NCBI RefSeq assembly: GCF_039654945.1
Contig: NW_027361810.1
Coordinates: forward strand, 9,052,001 to 9,116,000
Direction: 5' to 3'
Length of the DNA stretch: 64,000 bases
Source of the DNA: Dendrobates tinctorius
Taxonomy: Eukaryota
This document shows positions 39,471 to 50,209 of the stretch, piece by piece (position 1 is the stretch's first letter; each line of letters starts with the position of its first letter). A program made the position numbers and the translations under genes. The notes under the pieces are model-generated. The model searched no databases, had not been told where the DNA came from, and was given only the letters and a program-made list of their open reading frames with translations.

Positions 39471-40479
39471 TTAAGATTTATCTCTAATTTTCAAAACTTT
39501 TGAGTCTCCTCAAACAAAGCGGGTGGGCTGTTTGTAATCTTTGTCGCAAAGTGGACTGAGGGCCTAACAGGGTCCCACATACCATAAATGATGGTAACTA
39601 TATAAGACCAGTCTGCAATTATTCCGGCCTCCAGGTATACCGTATGTAACTGCTAAGCTTCTCTTTACGGGAAGACAGGTTTACATATAGCATAAATCTT
39701 TTTTATTTTTAATAAATAAAACAGGAGGTTTACCTTTTGTATATTGTATTTCAAAAATCACAATGTGACGTATAACAAAAAAAAAAGTTATTAAAACCAA
39801 TATTGGTATTTCCTCAATCCCCCCTCCCCCCAAAAAAAAAGAATAAAGGTTAGTTATTAATTCATATGTCATCAACCCATAAAGGAAAAATTCCACGTCT
39901 AGCTACATCAATACTATCAAATGTATCAGCATCATTAGAAGCTTTTTTTCCCATTCTCTACAAGAAAGAGTTAATAACTTACATTCCCAAAATGGCGCCA
40001 GAGAAAACTACTACTGATTGTCTAAAAAAAAAAAAAAAATCAGATTTCATATGTCAAAGACATGAGATTACTGTAAAGCCTGTGCCCCACTTCATGTTCA
40101 ACCCGTATAAGAAGACCAGTCAGAGTGCCCCCCACAAGTACCAGCCAAAACACCAAGTGCACCCTGGTCCCAGAAACATGAATGCTCCCTGCTCACGTGC
40201 CCACCTGCTCATAATACCTCCAGAGGATAATCCCAGCCCCCTGGTGTATGAGCCACTATATATATTCACCGAGAACCATCATATGCTGACGGCTGCAGTT
40301 CATTCTCTGCCCATTTATCTATCAGGGCCAGCAGGAAATCACAACAATAATGTAATTATCCACCATCTCCCCAAATATATTCTGTGCTGCAGGAGTACGA
40401 CAAATGCTGAAGAGGAAACTACTGCCGCTCTAATGCACAGAGAAGCACCGCACTTAAATAAAAATGGATGGATGTGTCA

Positions 40480-40980
40480 TGTTACATTTGTGAATGGCCT
40501 TTTCTTAACAATCCTTTCCAGGCTGCGGTTATCCCGGCTGCTTGTGCACCTTTTTCTACCACAATTTTTCCTTCCACTTTCCATTAATCTGCTTGGATCC
40601 AGCACTCTGTGAACAGCCGGCTTCTGTAGCAATGACCTTTTGTGGCTTCCCCTCCTTGTGGAGTGTGTCAGTGACTGCCTTCTGGACATCTGTCAGGTCA
40701 GCAGTCTTCCCCATGATTGTGGAGCTACTGAAAACAGACTAAGGGACCTTTATAAACACTTAGGAGCCTTTACAGGGGTTTATTGTTAATGATTCTAATT
40801 TACTGAGATAATGACTTTTGGGTTTTCATTGGCTGTAAGCCATAATCATCAACATTACCAGAAATAAACACGTGACATAGAACTCTGAGTGTAATGACTC
40901 TATAGAATAGAGGAGAGTCACTTTTTGCATTGAAGAATTGAAATAAATTAACTTTCTAATTTTGTGAGAAGCTCCTGCAT
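40480..40980 (-). mobile_element. Tc1 transposon 5' fragment (transposase N-terminus plus TIR)
   Basis: GRKNCGRKRCTSSRDNRSLERIVKKRPF. Confidence 0.75.
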
Positions 40981-41076
40981 ATTCCTGTACATAGGGAGCA
41001 GGGTTATAGTCACAGTGAGCATTTACCAGCACATATCAGATGATTTGTCGCTTTATAACAGCTTTTCTGCTCTCAG

Positions 41077-41308
41077 ATGGCTGATAAATCGGAGTCTGGG
41101 ACCCTGGAAGGTGATGAGTTTGTGATGTTTTACAAAGCCCTGACACAACGAGATGAAGTGCTGAAGATATTCCAGGACTTCTCAAAGGATGGCAAGAAGC
41201 TAACTCTGTTGGAGTTTGTGGATTTCTTGCGTCAGGAGCAGCTTGAGGTGGAGAACACTGAAGAGTTTGCAATGGATCTTATTGCTAGACATGAACCTTC
41301 AGAGACGG
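41077..41308 (+). CDS. PLCD4: PLCD4 exon, EF-hands
   Basis: [23 protein letters not shown]...[11 protein letters not shown]...HEPSET. Confidence 0.95.
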
Positions 41309-42830
41309 GTAAGATGATAGAATACTGTGGTAAACTATAGCAGGAGACAAGCCGTCATTCGGAATGTTCCGTTTTTTTTCAGTTTGTTGCAAAGTTCTGC
41401 CCTCTGGTCCAATATAAAATCAATGTGTGATCTCATGTGAGGGGTTGAAAGACCTTCATCAGCTCCTGAAAATCATTTCACTTGTGACTTCCATGAATCT
41501 GACTTTTCTGCATTTATGTAAATAAAGCTTAATCATTTTAATAAATACGAATTTCACAAGTTTGTAACATCAGACAGTTTTTGTTTTTTACCTCCTAACC
41601 TATTCAGGATCTCTGACTGCACTGCGTGCGTGGAAGAAAAATGATTGTTTCAAATTTGTGGAATTTTCGTTTTTACACTGATTAAGATTTATTTACATAG
41701 AACAGAAATTCCTTCTCGTGTCTGGTCTGCCATTAACGCACACGTGTGGCGGTGGCGTAGCGTGGTTACCAGCTCCCAACGCGATTCGCTATTGAACCTT
41801 TTATCTCTCAACTACAATTATTATATTACTGTATTTTAACAGATTTAACTGTAATTATAGTTTGTCGTTTTGCTTCTACCTGACATATATTGTAAAAATA
41901 TAAAGTGATACATATTTCTATTTACTTCATTTTTTTTTAAATGTAGCTCATTATTACCCTTGGCTAAACCTAACCCTGGTCCTGACACTATCCCTAAACC
42001 TAGCCCTAACAACTTTCCCTAGCCTTAAATCTTAGCTCTATCACCAGCCTAGTAGCTGCTCAGCCTCAGCCATCTCTCTTGCTGCCTATACAGAGCATTC
42101 AAATGGTCAAGACGATGTTATCATCAGCTGCTGCCCTCTGCAGAGGCAGCAACCAAGATGGCAATGCTCATTTCATTACACTGAGAGATTTGTCATCTTG
42201 GTTGCTGCCTATAGCTGCTGTGTTGGACTCATTGCACCCATGCGGTTCTCAAAGGAGCGACGTTTGCTAGTGTTGCTCATTGCACTGGACAGTCAGTTGG
42301 GTTGGAGGGACCAATATTTTCCACCCACCATAGAATTTTGCACCCATGGAATCATCTCCCTCTGTCTATGCGGCTCTTAGAAAACTACAACTCTCAGCAT
42401 GCCCTGTAAGCCATAAGGGAACAGCTGGAGAGACACGGTTTGGAGACCACTGCTATAGATCAGTGGTGGCTTAGAAGTTCTTAAATCCAGCAGCATCATG
42501 AATGAAGATCTGCTGGTCTCGTTTCCCTTTTTAGACACCTTTCACCTTGTTTTATTGAAGGATCAGGTTGTCGTCCTCTTGGCTTTTGCCCCACAGCTTG
42601 TGTTCTCCTATCTCTGCTTGTTGGTAATAGCTGATCACAGCGATCGGCTCTAATCTGTGGCTAATCCTGGCAGTATGTGTTCAATTTCCCTATAGCGCCA
42701 CCACAGGCAAACTGAAGCATTACAAATTGCTTATTCAAATCAATGGGTTGTCTATGTACAGGTCCTCCGGGGCACATAAAAGTGAGATTTTCTAAACTAA
42801 TCAACCCCTTTCATTGTTACTAAATTGTAG

Positions 42831-43032
42831 CAAAAAAGCTTCACGCCCTCAGTATCGATGGCTTCCTGATCTACCTGTGCTCTGCGGCGGGATCCATCTT
42901 CAACGTGCGCCATGAACCTCTCTACCAGGATATGACGCAGACGCTGGGCCACTATTTCATCTCCTCCTCGCACAACACTTACCTGATGGAGGACCAACTA
43001 CGGGGGCAGAGCAGTGTGGAGGGCTACATCCG
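42831..43032 (+). CDS. PLCD4: PLCD4 exon, start of catalytic X box
   Basis: [10 protein letters not shown]...[36 protein letters not shown] (first catalytic His). Confidence 0.96.
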
Positions 43033-43137
43033 GTGAGAAGCGGCAGCAATGCATGTCATGTCCACCACTGATGGTTACCTGGTGGGGTGGGCTATGGTCA
43101 ATGGTCTGCCGACTAATTCTAGAATTATTTCATTCAG

Positions 43138-43282
43138 GGCATTAAAAAGGGGCTGTCGCTGTGTGGAGGTGGACACTTGGGATGGCCCCAATGGAGAACC
43201 CATTGTGTATCATGGTCACACCTTCACCTCCAAGATCTTCTTCAAAGATGTTATATCGGCCATCAACAAGTATGCATTCAGG
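43138..43282 (+). CDS. PLCD4: PLCD4 exon, X box
   Basis: [38 protein letters not shown] (second catalytic His). Confidence 0.96.
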
Positions 43283-43389
43283 GTAAGTACATCACAAAAA
43301 GAGCTATTCATAGAGGACCTAGGGCAGGGGTAAGCAATCAGTTCTCTGAATTGTTTCTGGTGCCACTTTGTAAAGTTCTGTCCTAACGT

Positions 43390-43490
43390 CTGATTTGCCC
43401 GCGCTGTGCCGATCCACTGGAATGCTCTACCCCAAGGAATTAGGACTATCCATAACTTGCACAGTTTTAGGCGCTCCCTCAAAACACAGG
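43390..43490 (+). mobile_element. Short L2-like RT fragment
   Basis: cgcgctgtgccgatccactggaatgctctacccc..ttttaggcgctccctcaaaacaca (WNALP..F...LKT). Confidence 0.5.
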
Positions 43491-43639
43491 GGGAAGATAT
43501 TCTTTACAAAGTGTTTTACAGTGATATGACTTGGGTATGACGTCACTTGGTGATCGGTGGGGTCTGATCTTCTAAGGTTTGGTTGTCTTTCTAAATTTGG
43601 GCTATTAGTTCAGCAGGTGGCAGAGGTACAGGGGAAAGA

Positions 43640-44270
43640 GTGGAGCGGGGTCATCATTCTCAGGATCCCAGGGAGCGGGGTCGTCATTCTCAGGATCCCA
43701 TGGAGCGGGGTCATCATTCTCAGGATCCCATGGAGTGGGGTCATCATTCTCTGGATCCCAGGGAGCGAGTTCGTCATTCTCAGGATCCCAGGGAGCGGGG
43801 TCGTCATTCTCAGGATCCCATGGAGCGGGTTCGTCATTCTCAGGATCCCATGGAGTGGGGTCGTCATTCTCAGGATCCCATGGAGCGGGGTCATCATTAT
43901 CAGGATCCCATGGAGCGGGGTCGTCATTCTCAGGATCTCATGGAGCGGGGTCGTCATTATCAGGATCCCATGGAGAGGGGTCGTCATTCTCAGGATCCCA
44001 TGTAGCGAGGTAGTCATTCTCAGGATCCCATGGAGCGGGGTTGTCATTCTCAGGATCCCATGGAGCGGGGTCGTCATTATCAGAATCCCATGGAGCGGGG
44101 TCGTCATTCTCAGGATCCCATGGAGCGGGGTCGTCATTCTCAGGATCCCATGGAGCGGGGTCGTCATTCTCAGGATCCCATGGAGCGGGGTCGTCATTCT
44201 CAGGATCCCATGGAGCGGGGTCGTCATTCTCAGGATCCCATGGAGCGGGGTCGTCATTCTCTGGATCCCA
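43640..44270. repeat. 30-bp minisatellite (21 units)
   Basis: tggagcggggtcgtcattctcaggatccca. Confidence 0.97.
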
Positions 44271-45528
44271 GTAATCAGACCCCTTATAAATGGCTTGCCT
44301 AGTAAAGATAGAGAAAGGCATTGCAAGTTTCATATATTCTTTTTGTTTCTGTTCTTCATCATTATCAAGATCTCTTCTTATTGTCATGAATTGGAAACAT
44401 TAATAGGAGAAGAATTAGGAAAGCTGGTGCAAACTGAAAGCGTAGCTCAGCAATCAGAATCCAAAAATGAAACAAGTAACCTACCGTATTATTTTATTTA
44501 AAGGGTTAAACCCTTGGTCTCACACCTGAGGGTTTGTTACAATGTATCAGCAGGGAGCATTGTGCTGTTGATAGATTTAGCTCATGGGCGATTGTCTACA
44601 CTGGATACAATTGTAGCAAATCTCCAGCTGTTAGATTTCTACATGACACAAGGGCAGCATGCACTAGGGGAAAGCTGCAGACTTTGCCTTATGCAAAACT
44701 AAACAACTCTTACATCTAAACCAATTGGTTTGAGGAAAGAAATTATTTTTTTCCAGCTTAATTAAAATTCCTATTCCTATATTCTTTGCATCAATTTCTC
44801 ACTGATTTCAGATCTCAGCTTGCTGTTTTTAAGATCTCCGCTTTCTTGATTTACTTAAAAAGTCAAAGCAAAATAACTCAGGTCTGAACATATCCTTAGA
44901 GTTAATATTGCATCCAAAAGCATGCTGAAAATAAATGCTGCAAAAACTGCATAAAAAAAGCGTAAAAAAGTGTCTTTTAGACACCGATCAACAAGAAAAA
45001 TCCACATAAAAAACATGATGTGAACATACCCCTATCGTTTTCTCCCGATGGGATAAAGATCTGTCGTGATCCGCCTGTGTGTCAGTCACTAAACCAGGAT
45101 GGATCGCTATCCACGGGAACAGAGCAATAAAGCATACTATTCAATGACAGCAAGCAGAAATCTGGAAAAATGTGAAGATGATCACACAGCTTTCCCAGAG
45201 ACCTGAATGGCAGTCTGTAGAGTCTGTGTGTCCCGCTGGATGACTGCTAATTTATCTGCTATATGTGACATCAGGACCCAGGTGTCCCTACCCCAGACAC
45301 CCTGCGTCCGTCCGCCAGTGTCATCACTGCTGATCTTCACCGCAGCTCAGACAGAGGAAAGCTAATATGTCGTCTTAATAAATATTTAATCGGTTCCTTA
45401 AAAGTGAGATACCGTAAATGAGCAGGTGGTGAAAAACAATCTCAGGGAACAGGACTCGTCCTGCAGCGGGCACACCGCTGGAAAGAGACGTGGCATGTGA
45501 CACTCAGATCTTTTGGCGTTGCCCACAG

Positions 45529-45681
45529 GTATCAGACTACCCCGTCATTCTGTCTCTGGAGAACCACTGCGGCGTTGATCAGCAGGACACTATGGCGCAA
45601 CATCTGAAAACCATCCTGGGTGATAAGCTTGTGACCGGGACCCTAGACGGACGGATACCGGTGCAATTACCATCTCCAGAG
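45529..45681 (+). CDS. PLCD4: PLCD4 exon, X box end
   Basis: [14 protein letters not shown]...LPSPE. Confidence 0.96.
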
Positions 45682-46354
45682 GTAAAAAGTAAGAAAAATC
45701 CATCTACATGTCTATGGCCTCACTCATACGGGGGGTCGACTTTGGCAATTACTCTTTTTGCCTTATTCCAATGCCTCTAAAATAAAAAATTATGCAAATT
45801 TGTAAATAGTTTTGATTTTAAAAAAATCTGCTTTTCTGTGTATGCAGCTCCTGCGCAGATTTATATGTGTCCATGGTCCGTGTGTGGCCTGATCCTGCCG
45901 TCATGTGTTTCTATGCCCCATCTTCTATTGTCTGGAGAAGAGTCAGCAGAGAGAATAACTCATAGCTGTATGGTCTGACTACGCAGGATATGTTTGTAGT
46001 CTGTAACCATAGTGACATATAGGTCCGCATAGGACCTGTATACAAAAAAAGGACATTTTTTTTTGCATAAAAACTATTTGCAAATCTGCTTTATGTTTTA
46101 TTTTAGATGCTCCCGTGCCAGTAAAGATAGGGTTTATGAGAAAATGAAAGGGACATTCTGCAAATAATGCTCATGATGAAAACTTATGCCATTTTCAAAG
46201 CCTATGTCTGTGCTCATTCAAGATCTTTGCTTGCAGTCGTTGAATGAAAAGCTATTTTGCTTACTGCTAGCAGGTGAATATATGACTTGGTGATACGACG
46301 CTCACTCTTGCGTGAACTAATATTATATGTATGGGGCAAATGTCCAAGATGCAT

Positions 46355-46884
46355 TTAAAGGGAATCTGTCACAGGAAATTTGCGGGCTATGTAAATGTCC
46401 TGTGTCCGGTCCGATGGGCGGTGTTTCGTCTTTTTTCTCCACCCCATCCGTGGTCGACGGCCGCGAAATTTTCAGGGATTAGAGTAGTTCTCCTCCATAT
46501 TTTGCGCGTGCGCAAAGCAATCTTGCTTTGCGCATGCGCAATATGTTTTGCCCATCTACCGGCAAAGCCGAAAATCAATACTGCACCTGCGCCAGTACAC
46601 TATGGCACGGAACACAGCGAAATACTTCCGGGACATAGTATACCGGCACATGCGCAGTATTGATTTTCGGCTTTGCCCGCAGTTGGGCAAAGCATACTGC
46701 GTGTCCAAGAGGCAATATTGCTTTGCGCACGCGCAAAATATGGAGGAGGCCTACTCTAATTCCTGAAAATATCGCGGACGTCGGCCACGGATGGGGTGGA
46801 GAAAAGAAGAAGAAACACCGCCCATCGGACCGGACACAGGGCATTTACATAGCCTGCAAATTTCCGGTGACAGATTCCCTTTAA
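46355..46884. mobile_element. Palindromic T2/Kolobok-like MITE
   Basis: TTAA AGGGAATCTGTCAC ... GTGACAGATTCCCT TTAA, ~250-bp arms. Confidence 0.9.
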
Positions 46885-47025
46885 AGCCCCAAAGGTCCCA
46901 ATTGGGCCCAGTATACGATGGCTGGAGGGGCGTATATTCAGACTTTGTGTTGGGACTCAATAATCATAAGCCTCTCCTCTGCACTAATCCACAATGTGCT
47001 CTTCTCCTAAACTCTCCAATTTCAG

Positions 47026-47190
47026 AAATTAAAAGGGAAGATCCTTCTAAAAGGCAAGAAGATTGGGAGGTTGAAGGACTCTTTGGGTGAACAGGTTGAA
47101 GACTCTTACATGGGAGAGATATCCGAGGAGGAAGATGGTGGTGAGATGGATGAGGAGAACGTCCGCAATGAGGATAAGAAGAGATCCAAG
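47026..47190 (+). CDS. PLCD4: PLCD4 exon, acidic X-Y linker (probable GC donor)
   Basis: KLKGKILLKGKKIG...EEEDGGEMDEE...KKRSK; phase-0 end at AAG|GCAGGT. Confidence 0.85.
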
Positions 47191-47370
47191 GCAGGTTCCA
47201 GGTTATTCATCTGCTGAGACTTGTATGACGAGGTCTTCTAAATATACATCTGTGGAGCTTCATGCAGGTTTGGGTGGGATTTCAGCTACTCTACAGATGG
47301 GAGGCCAAAAATCAACTTTTGTTCACAGTTTAAGATGGAAGCTGCTATCCTTATATTTGATCTTTCTTAG

Positions 47371-47527
47371 AAATCTAAGGATCGCCTCTCACAGGAATTA
47401 TCGGACTGCATTATCTACTGTAAGAGCGTGCCCTTCGAGAGCTTCAAGCACTCCAGGACCAACTACAAGCCGTATGAGATGTCGTCCTTCACAGAGTATA
47501 AGGCTCGGAAGCTCATCAGAGAACCAG
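47371..47527 (+). CDS. PLCD4: PLCD4 exon, Y box start
   Basis: KSKDRLSQELSDCIIYCKSVPF...EMSSFTEYKARKLIREP. Confidence 0.95.
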
Positions 47528-47777
47528 GTGACAAATTATGGATGATGGGAGTTCTAGTACCGAAGTTCACTCAGTCCTGAGAACTTGCTTTGGATGATTA
47601 TATCCGCTGATTACTAGACCTGCTGTATACAGTATATCCGCTCTATAAGCAGTGGGAGCTCTCATTGCTATACACTTCAGTCAGTGATGATCTATGTTAT
47701 CCCATGGCCTACAACATCTGTGTATTCACTTGTAGACATTCTAGTCTTTAACTTTTGGGTGTTTTATTTTCTTGTAG

Positions 47778-47894
47778 GTAATGAATTTGTCCGACACAAC
47801 TCCTGTCAACTCACACGAGTTTACCCCACCGGTCTGAGGACCGACTCCTCCAATTACAACCCACAAGACATGTGGAATGTGGGATGTCAAATGG
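47778..47894 (+). CDS. PLCD4: PLCD4 exon, Y box; remaining Y/C2 exons lie beyond the window
   Basis: [38 protein letters not shown]. Confidence 0.96.
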
Positions 47895-47972
47895 GTAAAG
47901 TATTATTCGCGAGTTTCCTCAGTTTAATCAGATTTTGTGCAAATTTACACCATATCCCCAAAAAATACTACA

Positions 47973-48583
47973 GTACTGCCCCCTATGTACAAGAATATAA
48001 CTGCTATAATACTGCCCCTATGTACAAGAATATAACTACTATAATACTGCCCCCTATGTACAAGAATATAACTACTATAATACTGCCCCTATGTACAAGA
48101 ATATAACTACTATAATACTGCCCCTATATACAAGAATATAACTACTATAATACTGCTCCTATGTACAAGAATATAACTACTATAATACTGCTCCTATGTA
48201 CAAGAATATAACTACTATAATACTGCCCCTATGTACAAGAATATAACTACTATAATACTGCCGCTATGTACAAGAATATAACTACTATAATACTGCTCCT
48301 GTGTACAAGAATATAACTACTATAATACTGCCCCTATGTACAAGAATATAACTACTATAATACTGCCCCCTATGTACAAGAATATAACTACTATAATACT
48401 GCCCCTATGTACAAGACTATAGCTACTATAATACTGCTCCTATGTACAAGACTATAGCTACTATAATACTGCTTCTATGTACAAGAATATAACTACTATA
48501 ATACTGCTCCTATGTACAAGAATATAACTACTATAATACTGCCCCTATGTACAAGAATATAGCTACTATAATACTGCTCCTAT
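47973..48583. repeat. 35-bp satellite, left part
   Basis: tactgcccctatgtacaagaatataactactataa. Confidence 0.95.
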
Positions 48584-49258
48584 TGTAGGGATGTGACTCG
48601 CTCAGGTGCAGCGGGAGACAATCATGAGGCAGGTTCTTCCCAAAGTTCATGAGGTTTATTTGCTCCATAAACCATATATCTGCATATCACCAAAATAGCC
48701 TCTAGCTTAGGCACAAAAGAACATAAACGTCCGTGGCTTCAGACTCGGACCGAGAGTCTCAGCACATGCTGGGAGGTGTAGTCCTCCCCATATACAACTA
48801 ATATACACAGGCCAGGGCAATGTCCAGAGCAGCGCTGCATCTGCAGCCGCAGACACAGGAAGGCTTCTCCTTCCTTAGCACACAGGCCACTCTCTGTAGT
48901 GTCCCACCTGGACACATGGAAGTCTGTCCACACTCTGACAGACTCCCTCCACACTCTGACATGTGCCAAACACCTCAATTACATAGCCCTGTAACCACAC
49001 CCAAAGGGGATCACATGGCTATGACATCACCAAAGGTTGTATAGACACACAGGCTTCCCTGACACAGTGTAACAGAAAGATCAGCAGTACCTCTGCTGAT
49101 CAATACACCCTGGAGCCTGCATCCCAAGGCCACCCACCTTGAGACCCACAATGGTCATTTAGGACCCTGCTCCTGTTACCACACTGAATGTGCCTGTACA
49201 CCCGTCCTGGGACAGCCACACAGCGCCCCCTAGCCGACACAGTGGTAACTACACCACA
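48584..49258 (-). repeat. 3' LTR of the FXR1-bearing element
   Basis: Direct repeat of 52932-53606, about 3 mismatches seen; AATAAA on minus strand at 48655-48660. Confidence 0.95.
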
Positions 49259-50188
49259 TACCTCCCCCCTCTGTTCAAACTTGTGGGGTTGAACACATGA
49301 CATCACCCAGGTATCTTGAGACCTGGCACCCATGTCACCTTGCCCTACAAGTCGAGAGGACCATCTCCGTCTGTTTCGGTAGTCAAACTGCCTCATATTC
49401 ACGTTAGGCCTCCCCCGCCCCCAGCGGTCAGTATCTCGGCCTTGGGCTTTGGCCTTCCCGTCAACGTCCGTCAGTGTAATCAGACACTCTTTAGTCTCCA
49501 CCTGTTTGCAGTGCGCTCCGTCACCCGACCTTTCTCTCACCGGCCGGCTCTCCCAGTTCACACTGTCATGAGTCCCACGTCCAGCTGGGCCAACTGGCTG
49601 GTCTGAGTCTGACCCTCTGTCACTATGTCCACCACCGGGTCTCGTGCCTATGTTACTACGATTAGAACGGCCACTTGCGGACTCTCGACGTTCTTGCCTT
49701 CGACTACCTGTCCTTTCATTCCTTGGAGGATCCCTTCGGGTCCTTACACCTTGGGTTGGAGGTGGACGCCACCTGACGTTCTCTATCTGCTCATTCATCT
49801 GCAGTCGATCCTGTCGTAGCTGCTCAATCTCCTTCAGGTACGCTACCCGATATTCCAGGAGCATGCGAAGCTTCCCAATGCTTTCCACCGAACCAACCAC
49901 AATGGCAGGAACCATGTCAACTTCAATAACGGCTTGGATTTCACCAGCAGGTGGGATCCTCACTCTCTTCACACAGGACCGATTCACCATCTCCTGCATC
50001 ACCTTTCCAAGTCTGCCAACGACTTTCCCCACCAGATTTCTGGGTACCGGAATTATGTCTTCCACAAAGCCCAGCCGACTTTGTGCTTCCCTTGCAAGCT
50101 CCAGACGTCGAGCGGCTTTCCTATTACGCTCCACGAGCATCTGTTTCGTGCGGAGACATTGTAGGTGCATCTCCTTCAGGACAGCCAC
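49100..50188 (-). CDS. FXR1-derived KH-domain ORF (end of KH0, KH2, NES, RG-rich tail); in frame with the upstream ORF across one TAA
   Basis: MHLQCLRTKQML..RN; FVEDIIPVPRNLVGKVVGRLGKVMQE; MVP..VG..ESIG..LLEY..YLKEIEQLR..RLQ..EQ, all matching FXR1/FMR1-family motifs; no introns. Confidence 0.85.
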   Translation of the reverse strand: MAVLKEMHLQCLRTKQMLVERNRKAARRLELAREAQSRLGFVEDIIPVPRNLVGKVVGRLGKVMQEMVNRSCVKRVRIPPAGEIQAVIEVDMVPAIVVGSVESIGKLRMLLEYRVAYLKEIEQLRQDRLQMNEQIENVRWRPPPTQGVRTRRDPPRNERTGSRRQERRESASGRSNRSNIGTRPGGGHSDRGSDSDQPVGPAGRGTHDSVNWESRPVRERSGDGAHCKQVETKECLITLTDVDGKAKAQGRDTDRWGRGRPNVNMRQFDYRNRRRWSSRLVGQGDMGARSQDTWVMSCVQPHKFEQRGEVCGVVTTVSARGRCVAVPGRVYRHIQCGNRSRVLNDHCGSQGGWPWDAGSRVY

Positions 50189-50209
50189 CCTTCTCTCTGT
50201 GTCTTCCGT

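Noticed and set aside
39866-40612. 248-aa ORF
   Set aside because: No recognisable domain; its end is the antisense of a Tc1 fragment; lies inside a PLCD4 intron.
43557-44501. Long overlapping ORFs (314 aa, 238 aa and others)
   Set aside because: Artefacts of a stop-free 30-bp tandem repeat in an intron.
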